64,000 nucleotides of DNA from Lingula anatina (Eukaryota > Animalia > Brachiopoda), in NCBI GenBank assembly GCA_051362555.1, contig CM120640.1, positions 56,894,788 through 56,958,787 on the forward strand. Reading direction: 5' to 3'. Below, piece by piece: positions 54,266-64,000 of this stretch. A program made the translations under genes and the position numbers. Below the pieces are notes generated by a model. It saw only the letters and a program-made list of their open reading frames with translations, made no database searches and was not told where the DNA came from. Each line of letters opens with the position of its first letter. Position 1 is the first letter of the stretch.

Positions 54266-57200
54266 AGTATTACTCTGAGCACTATTAAGAGCACTATTAA
54301 CTTATGATAGATTTTCAGTTTTGGTTTTTCAATTTTTTACACATGCAAAATTTAGTTAACTACTCTGTGATGTATTGAATTGGGGCTAAGTAGCAAGTAA
54401 CTTAAAATAAATGTACTCTTTTTAAAGAAAATCAAATAAAATGATTGTTGATACTACTGAATTATGACTAAATAGAGATATTTGAAAATAGGCTAAGATG
54501 TAGTCATGTGATGATTAAAAAAATGTAAAAAGGTTTTGTAGAAAACGTATGCACATAAGCTTCATCATCATTGGAAGAACATCCAAGAGTCCCACATTTT
54601 CCATAGAATCTGCAGTATTCAACTTAAGCCCTGCACTTTCTGGTCATGCTGACTGATTTAGTTACTAATTTACTCAAGTTTCTGACTTTTTTGTTCTCTT
54701 CAGCTCTAAAATGTCTGTAACTTTGCATTGGTTGTTGTATAAGAATTGCTTTGTTTCACAAGTAAACAATTTTTGAGGTTTTAGCAAGTACACTCGGTTC
54801 AGGAATGTTAATTTGATTTATCAAATGTGCTTACTAACAATTAATTTCATAGTATAATATAAATAATGTTGATAAATTGATCATTAAAATGAAGACATCA
54901 AAGCTTTTATTCATTTTCTCACATTATCTATCATACATTTATCATAAATGCCTTCATGTACCTTTTTATTTATTTTTTTTGCTGATGACAAATCAGCTGC
55001 ATATGGATATTGAACTGTGCTTTCATTTCACATAAAAAATCATTTAGTGCAGTGAAATTCTGAAAAAGAAAGTAGATAATATGTGTTTTAATTGTTCATT
55101 CTTTTGTTTGGTTTGGATATTTTGAAGAACAAATCCCGATGTCTTAGTGAGGCGCATTTGAATATCACTAATCGTTGGATGCACATTTAACTGGTGAAGA
55201 GACAGGCCAGAAGAGATATGAGGCCCATCTAACACAATTTGATACACAATTTTCAGTTGGCATTGCAAGATACATGGTTTAAAAAAACTCTTTCACAATA
55301 TGAGAGGTGTATGATAAGTATAACATCCTTGAAGTGTTATAAGTAATGTATTTTGAGTAAAATGTTAATTAAAGGCCTTTATTGCCTTTCTGCATAAAAT
55401 GGAATTTCATTGTGTTAATTTTTTTTTCATTTTTAAAGATGAAGTGTTGAAGTAATTATATTAGATATGAGGCTGTTATAAACAAGCACCAATTGTTATT
55501 CAAAATAGAGAAAATTGAAAAAAATAACTTGCTCTTGGCAGTTATTTTTGATGGCTTTTTCGTTGCATCAATCTTCTATCCTTTGTATTACTTCAAATTG
55601 AGGTTTCTTTTTTAGAAATTTTATGTCCCCCCTGTGTGTATGATTAAACCATCATTTATTTTAATAGCTCTTCTATAGCATGGAGTGTATAGTAGTAGTT
55701 CTGCTTAACTGGACTGCGACCCCTGTCCTCTCATGCACTGCTGAGGGTGCTTATGGATCTGACAAAAACCTGCTCCTGGTGCAATAGGTACATTTAGACA
55801 AGGCAAACCTGTGTGCAAGCTTGTTGTGTTTTAGTGTCTGTAGCTTTCTTAGATTGAAATTAAGAGCTATTAGTGTGCTTTTGCCTAAGCTGAGACCTTA
55901 TGCAAGATGTAATGCAACATACTCAGTTCTCTCTCAGTTTTCTCTCAGTCAGCCTTGTACTTGTAGCATGTGTTCTGGACAGTTGGTAGAAAGACTATCT
56001 TAAAAGTAAAAAATGTTTTTGAGATGGAAGTGAACAGATCTTGTGAGTCCAAAATATCAAAACTATTAACTATGGTTCTTCTTTTATTCTTGTGTAAAAT
56101 AAACATCATTCTGTTGAGATGATTTAAAAGATATTTATCAAATATGAATTATTCTAAATATATTTTTGCCAACATGCTTTTATCTATCTTAAAGATTTGA
56201 TTAGGATAATTGAAACATGCTTATTGATCATGGTGAAAATCAATGTGAAATTTTGATTTGGGTTGTGTTATGTAATGGTTTAAGAAGAAATTTTATTATA
56301 TTTTACCTTTTTGAGGAAAAAAAAATATATATATATATGGTAGTTAAGAAAGCACAGAAAGATTTTGATTAAGAAGGTCATGTGATGATTGCCATTTTTT
56401 ATTTCAAGCGGTTTGTTTGTGATTACAAACGTCATATTAACAGCTTAAACCACAATTTCATGATGCAAGCCCCACAGTATTAACTGAAAATAATTTGGTC
56501 AGCTTTCATTTGGGCCTCATGCTGTTTACAGTCGGGTTCTTTTTCTCAACCCTGAACTATTTTCAACATGGCAGAAGATACCAGGAACTGCATGTTGGAG
56601 CTTTCAGAAATTTAAGTCGAAAAAGAGTTACAAATAAGATACACGAAATTGAAGAAATGTTTGCACCAACTTGCAAATATCTATTTTCTATTAATTAACT
56701 TTAGCTCTTATAATAAATATCAAGCATCAAATGAATCAAACTTTTATACAGTGTAATGCATTCTTGTTCTGGAATACACGTACATGCCCAACAGACAGGT
56801 GAGTGGACTTGTGGTTTGCTATTTATATTGTGGTCTTTGCAACAAGTATTTTTATGTTGGCACCTTCAAATTGCAGTTTATTTGGCTTTCAGAATCACAA
56901 ACCAGCAGCTCAAAATCACAAATGGCAATTTTGTTTAGATGGCCTGATAAAATGGAATGGCATACCAAAAAAATTAGTTGTCTTTGATTTTAAAAGTAAA
57001 CCTTAATTGTTACAACTGTTTACAGTGTTCATTTATCATTTCACTTCCATTACAGTATGTTGCTCGTGTGAAGAAAATGCTCCCAGTGGGGTCCCATTTA
57101 GATAATCTCATATAAGAACTGTACTTGCCACCACAGATAGTTAAATAAAGAGTTGTTATATAATTTGACATAAATGAATTAGAACAAAAAATACCTAAAA

Positions 57201-60200
57201 TGTCCTCACCTGAAAGTAAATGACAATAGTTCTTTTTAACAGACATTTCAACCAAATCTAATGCATTCTTCTTATTGACTGCATAATGCAGAATGCATTT
57301 TGTCTCCCAATTGTTTATGAAAATTGTAACTCACCTTATTTACAATAGAAAACACAGTGGCCACAATTTGCTGGCCTGAAGGCTGAAGGCAGTGTTTTCA
57401 CCTGTAGACTTCTGACACCTTGGGATGAAGATCTGAAACTAAAAGAGTTCTTAATGTATTTTATTATGTTTTTAACAAAACCACAATCTTTGGTTAATGA
57501 CTTATTGTCCAGTTAAAGAATGGGGAGCAGGTTCCACCTGGCGGTGGAGGGGGCGGAAAGAGTTGGTTTATTAAGATGGTTTAGTATTGTGATCTTGGCA
57601 TGCTCCTCACCTGTGCTGTGGTAGACTTGAAATGCAATTGTAAAATATTCTGTTCCTTTGTGTAGATGGTTTGTAGTTTTTATTATTTTGGATGGAATCT
57701 TTCAAGTATGAAAAAAATTCTGACTTTTTCTCCCTTTTTTTTAAATGGGTGAATCCCATTGCAAGTGAAAGTAATCCTTAGCTTATCTCTTGACAAGGCG
57801 TGCATGCTCTGATGGTAGAGCTGTAAAAGACCCATTATTTCCATTGTATTTCAATAAGATAATTGACGTGGAGCGGGTCGGAAGGTTGCTATAGTTATGG
57901 AGATAGAAAAGCTTTTTGTATTCAATACGTTACCCTGCAGTTGTTTTGTACCACTCTGTAGCAAGTGATTTGATAAGATAATGCACATCAAGGTGTAAAA
58001 ATATGTAATTAGCTTTAATCTGACATATATGGCGGAATGTTGTGAATTTATAGTTAAAAACAGGAAAAAGGAAAAAAATTTTCATTTGTAACAGGTACAT
58101 GGAATTATAATTTGACAATGATACTTTTTCATGATTGCAATCTCTCTTGGCCATTTCTTTATAGATATAAAATATCTACCAAGAAAAATTATAATGTTCA
58201 TGTGAATAAGAGTATTTTGATTAAAATGGAGGTTTGGCTTTGCCTGATGTTTTTACCTTACACTCATTAAAGTCCCTTTAAAGATATCTCGTACTGCTCA
58301 GTTGTTTAGAAGTCTGCTGCTTAACCAAGCATGGTATATCACAATGGGCACATTTTTGACAAGAATTATTCATAGATTAAATTCATTATTATGTAGATTA
58401 CAGGGTAAGCTCTGCATTGTTTTGAAATTCAAATTGTTTTTGTTACATTTTAATAAATTAGATGTTTATCTGAACTAAAATTTAGTGGCATGTCTAGTAC
58501 TATGATAAGGCATCCTTTTTTATAACAGTATACGACAGCCCTTCCTTCTTCTGTGTGATGGGTACAAATGCATGTAAAAACTACCACACTTCTTAAAATG
58601 AACTATTTTTCCTTCTTTAAATCAACTGAAACCAGGCATTGGTGGATTTTAAGGAATTATTCTGAAAGGATTTTTAAAAATATTTTACTCTGTTATTTAC
58701 TTTGTCATTTAGGGTGTCATTTTCAATAGATAGTGCTTTCTCCCAACTTTCTAATTAGTTCATTTTGAAAAAATCTGTCATTTGTAAACTTAATGTCACA
58801 AGGTGAGTTACATTGTTTAAGTTTCATTGGAACTGCCCTTTATCTGTATTTATGGGTCTGCTATGATTTTTTAGCTAAATATTTTTTGCACTTGGAAGCG
58901 TGAACCTTGGTGCGAAAACAATGGGTTGAAAAGGGGCAACTTGGCAACAATGTTGTCCTTAATAGAGATCTTAGAGCTATATACTACAGTTGATAAAACA
59001 AAGCACATTAACTTTAAGAACATTTGAAAGATTTGCCTCTTGAACATGAAACTGCCTTTACAAATTTTTTCATTTGAAAATTGGATCAGATTATGATTTT
59101 TAAAAAGCCAGCCATTTGACAAGAAATGAAAAAATACAGAAAACAGCTTGTGCCTCTTATTTCACAAATGCATTTTTTTTTTTTTTTTTTTTTTTTTTGG
59201 TTTATTGTTGTTTTATGCATGTGTGTGCCTTCCATGTATTTGGCTGTTATATGTTTATACAAATGGCAATATGACACAAATTGAGGAAACCTAAATGTCT
59301 CTGATATTCTCACAGATAGCACAGTAGCCAGGTGTAACAACAGAAAAAAGTCATAACCAATTTAATGCCTTCACACCCTCTTACTCTTGGTATTCTGAGC
59401 GCGCAAATGGCCTGGGTGTCTTTAAACCTGTAAAGAGCTAATGGCTGAAAACAGTGGAAAAACACAATGAAATTAACCATTAGCCTTGGCTTTATCACCA
59501 ACTCACAAAGTTAATTTTCAACAAAAGCTATTATTATCTCCCTTCATTATGCTAATTGAATGGGGTAGGCATGAAAACTGTTACAGGTATTTTTATCGTT
59601 TGAATTTATTGCTGTCTGCTGCATTTTACAGACTGAGCACTGCTTTATTGTATTGTTATCCTGAATGTTTGTGCCTGTAGAACAGACACTTTGATGGTTT
59701 CTTAATTGCTCTCTTTAACACCTCTTTTATCTTAATACCAGGGAAGCCCTGAGCTCAGACAATTCAATGGACAGGAAGGAAAATCATCTCAAAAATTAAT
59801 TGAAAATTTCTTCTGTACTTGCTGATTTACAAAATATTTCAAACTTGAATTGAAGAACATTTTTTATGGTAATTGCATCCAGGTTAACTCTGTACAGTGC
59901 AAAAAATTGTTGCTTATGTTGTTATTTGACTTGCTTTGATTAGCTCTACACAAGTTTAGTCAGCAAGTTTGAAGCAATTTTTAAATAATTGATACATTAT
60001 CATAATTGTTACACTATTATAATATAACCAATTATAAATCAAATATGAGAGTAAAATGAAGTGAAAAGTAACTTCCTACCTGTCTGCAATTGTCTTCAAA
60101 ATTTGGCATTGTGGTGACTTCATACACAACAACAAAAATTTATAGTTGATAAATTATTCCGATTCCAAAGAAGGATTGTGGCCAGGCATGTGCATATTTC

Positions 60201-63200
60201 ATTCATTGTGTTGGGAGTTGGCTTTAGCTTAGAGCTGACCAAAACAATGACTTGCAATTTGAGTATTGTGTGGCAGCCAGGTTTCAGCCCTGCAGCTGTT
60301 GCAGCAATCCTTGTGTCGCCGTTGTCTTTTGCTGTCAGGTATGTGACCATCAAAAGAATTACATTTTTGAGTCAAGTGCCTCTTTCATCTAAATAGAATA
60401 ACTTTTGGATTATTATTAATTTATTACAGCTTCTGACAAAATTTGCATATACCCGGTAGTTTTTAATTTCCTTCAGGTCAGTTTTTCCCCTTTTCTCTTT
60501 CTTTTTTTTTTTTGTCAGTAATTTTTAAAAATATAATCTATATGATAAGATAGTAGTGAGTTGCAGTATGATCTGTCAGATGTGGTAGCCCCATATTGTC
60601 ACAGTGATCCCGCCACGCGACTTTGCTGCAAACTATGTTGTCAGGCACATAGTTTGTGCGAACATGTTCAGGTTGTTAACTAAGGCTGATCGGATAAGAG
60701 AAAGACCCATGGCAAAATACCTTGACAAGCATGTCCACTATAGTATGATGAGTTAAACTGAGAAGTTATGCTGTGAAGGATTTAATGAAGGACCATGACC
60801 TTTGATCTCATTTGAATAATAATATCTAATTTTCATCTTTTTTTACTGCTTTTGATATAATAAAATAAACAGAAGGGTATCATTATAGCAAGCACCTGTG
60901 GTCATATCTCTATCCTATTATCACTCTGGGAGATCTAAAGACACTCACTACAGAAATATGTGCTACACCTGAATTTCCTTCAATACAAACCTAGGAGGTC
61001 TGGTTTCAAAGGGATTTTTTCTCTTGTATCTCGGTAACCTGCAATTGTCAGGTGCCCATGGATAGCAGCCATTGTTGTAACATGTCATAAGTGAGGAGTG
61101 CTGTTAGCAAACATGGAGACAGTGAGGAGAGAGGCGTACCAACCAGTACGAACATGCACACCCCAGGCGTAAGACTTGATGTGAAGGCCTGGAGCTTGCC
61201 AAGATATTACTTATGTTCTTAACACACTTCTTTGTGATTATGGCTATTTTTCTCTATGCCATTTTATCAGTGATTTTTTCTCTTAATATTTTTTTTCTTT
61301 TATTTTCATTTTTGTTTTGTTTCTTTTTATTTTGCATATTTGTCCATTTTTTCTTTCTCTTTTAAAATCCCAGTTAAAATGCAGCAATACTTACACTATT
61401 TATGTAAAAATGATTTTATGGTTTGATTGTAATAGAATTTGATATTTTAGTTGTCAACAATTCAAGAAATTCTATATAAGAGTCTCTTCCAAAGATCAAA
61501 TTTAAAAATAGCATTCACTGAAAATACTCTAGCAGAAATATTTTTGACAAAAACTGTTTTCTTCCTTTTAGGGTGTTAAACTTATGTCTTGACATTTACT
61601 GATTCATTTCTTTGCTTTGTTAGCTATTATATCAGTGACTTCTGACTGAGAAATATAGGAAGCCTGAAGCTTAACTTCATTGTTATAAAATTTTATCTCT
61701 GTCCTGAATGGCAAAACGTACCATTTGAACAACCCATTCACAGATATTGTAAGTTTATGTGTATATTGTTATCACTGGATCTCTTATGCTGTTGCTGTCA
61801 TTGTCAGATAAAGTATCCATTGTTCCATAAATCCCAAACTGTGTTTCTGAGATGTTTGTGGCATTTACTGTTAGGTTATGTACAGTAAAATAAAATGTAG
61901 GTCATGTTTAAAAATTAACATTACAATAATTAGTCTAAGAGTATTTTACAAGGGTATTGGCGTATCATTCACCCCTGAATTGCCTACCATCTAATTGTTT
62001 TAGTTGAAATCTTTTTGGAGATTTAATATGGCTGAAATACAGATCAAGTCTTTAACTTTTTATTTCTTGCTGTTCCACACTCGATAGCTTGTCATTAAAT
62101 TTGAGCGCACTTTCCTCTAAATACTGGGAAATCTTACTGTTCAAAAGTGCACCTAATAAATAAAATACAAAAACAGCCTATTCATTTTGAATGGACTCTG
62201 AGGAAAATACATGTATTCTTCATCATTGTTTTTTATAGAGAAAAAATGAGCAATGATTGATATATATTCAGAGAATACAAAAACATGAACAAGGTGTTTC
62301 TGTCACCACCTATGACAATCTGATGGTACCAGACAGATACACCACCAACAATGAGCACTCAGAGAAATCTGCCATAGTTTGCAAGAAAAATCCATAAGTG
62401 CCTTTATGTCTCTGATCTGAAATAAGATGGCTGCACCACACAATAAACATAACCCACACGAAATAATAGGCCATCACATGTAACTGATGTGTTTAAGGTT
62501 GTTTTGTGTTATGTAGGGTAGAGTTCTTTTTCTTTGACTTAGATATTATTTATTGTTAAGTTTTCAGCCAAAAGGATCCATGGGAAAAATAGATATACAT
62601 GTATTATATGTATTTAGTATTACAAATATTACTATTAATTTTTTATTTTTATCTAGAACTAGAGGGAAGTGCCTATTTGTTTGGTCTTTCTATCACATCA
62701 ATATTCTGTTAAATATTTACTTTCAACATCAAATGAGAAATCTTTAACCAAGTTAGTTCTGATCTTTTATCTCTATCTTTAATTTTCTCAACTCTCAGTT
62801 GATGATAGAGAGCTCTCAATTTATAACATTTGCTTTGCTTGCTCTCTTCAGCTAGATTTTCTTTGACTATAGACCACCAAGCACTTTTTTTCCTGCTGAT
62901 GATACCTGGTATAATTTGAGTAGGGAAGGAGTTTTAATCATATTATGCCTTCTTTACACATGACTTGAATAGGGAAATAATATCATGGTGAAGTAATGTT
63001 TCCAGTTTTCTTATAAGAGTAATGTATTGAATTTTGAAGATATAATGTGTGTAAATAGAATAGTGAACCATACATGTAAAATGCAGCTCTGTAAGTACTG
63101 TATTCTCTTCTTATCACAATATTGGGATTATTCTATATATTTAGACATGGTGTGGAACTGAAATAGTTATATTTCTATCTTTATATCATTGTTTTCATAA

Positions 63201-63231
63201 AGATAATGCTTGCATATGCATCCCTTTTCAG

Positions 63232-63342
63232 CTGTTTGAAGGAATGAAAGCCTTCAGAGGAGTAGATGGCAAAATAAGATTATTCAGACCTGAAGAAAAT
63301 ATGAAAAGAATGAACAACTCTGCCACAAGATGCTGCCTGCCA
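63232..63342 (+). CDS. BCAT: BCAT exon 4 ([37 protein letters not shown]); gene continues beyond the window
   Basis: LFEGMKA and IRLFRP motifs of class IV aminotransferases. Acceptor cccttttcag, donor CCA|gtgagt, 111 nt. Confidence 0.97.
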
Positions 63343-63517
63343 GTGAGTTCATTATCATTTCAGATAGGTCTTTTTTGAAAAAATTAATAAATTATTGTAG
63401 ACTGCATATCATGCTTTGCTGCCAGCTGAGGTTAGATCAAAAATTAAAAAGACACCATGTCCAAAAGCTAGTTGACTTTGTTAGAGTTCACTTTAAGGCC
63501 TGTTTAGTCAGTTTGTC

Positions 63518-63567
63518 TATGGATGCATATCCATGGCACGTATGGATACATATCCATGGTACGTATG
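63518..63567. repeat. Two 23-bp tandem units, each with an inverted ATGGAT-N4-ATCCAT core
   Basis: tatggatgcatatccatggcacg followed by tatggatacatatccatggtacg. Confidence 0.8.
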
Positions 63568-64000
63568 TCAGGGCTGCCTCGGCAGGATATGATTGTATTA
63601 TTTTACAGTGGGAAAGTGGTGCCCATGCTACAACCACTCTGCAATCACAATGTCCTTGTCCAGTGTGATGCATGGTGGAGCAAGGCTGGTGACATTGTTA
63701 TTGGCCTCTTTACCCCCTGCTTCAATCTCTTAATGCTGAATGCTAAGTGAGGACATAGCAGGTACCATTTTTATGATGGTCTTTGGTATGAACTAATCTT
63801 GGATCAAACCATTGACATTCAGCTCTAGAGGAGAGGCCTTGTCCACTTGAATCACCCAATATGGTTATGCTCACCTAAGATAGAGAGATGCAATATAGAA
63901 AGAAAAAATTGCTAAAATTTGTTAAAAGGTGAAAGCACTGTTGGGTATTGGTCATTTATTATCTTTCTCTAGGAATATATTCTTAAGCCATGAAATACAA

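Noticed and set aside
54509-54656. Box C (GTGATGA) ... box D (CTGA) as a possible intronic snoRNA
   Set aside because: No convincing terminal stem or recognisable rRNA-antisense element.
57530-57560. GC-rich CTCF-like word (also near 35811 and 24820)
   Set aside because: Mismatches to the consensus and no supporting evidence.
60628-60657. Isolated 10-bp stem caaactatgt/acatagtttg
   Set aside because: A single short hairpin with no element termini; could be chance in 64 kb.

Overview
AT-rich, CpG-depleted, intron-containing animal genomic DNA, probably a lophotrochozoan such as a mollusc (inferred from repeat types and protein style). Two genes lie head-to-head. (1) A SoxD-group (Sox5/6/13-like) HMG-box transcription factor on the minus strand, with 7 traceable coding exons from ATG 19933 to TGA 8528-8530, a likely ~2.2 kb 3' UTR, and a ~30 kb upstream region with no recognisable protein-coding gene but candidate non-coding 5' exons. 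(2) The first four exons of a branched-chain amino acid aminotransferase (BCAT) with a mitochondrial-type leader on the plus strand (ATG 50849, running off the window), including an outsized ~10.8 kb third intron. SOX5 and BCAT1 are also neighbours in human, so this looks like an ancient SoxD-BCAT microsynteny or genomic regulatory block. The first ~6 kb is a cluster of non-autonomous DNA elements: Helentron-type elements with internal satellite, a 9-bp-TSD foldback element, a Kolobok-like fragment and nested Harbinger MITEs. Only a few small elements were seen in the rest of the locus. Most short ORFs in the track are spurious. All alignments and motif calls were made by eye.
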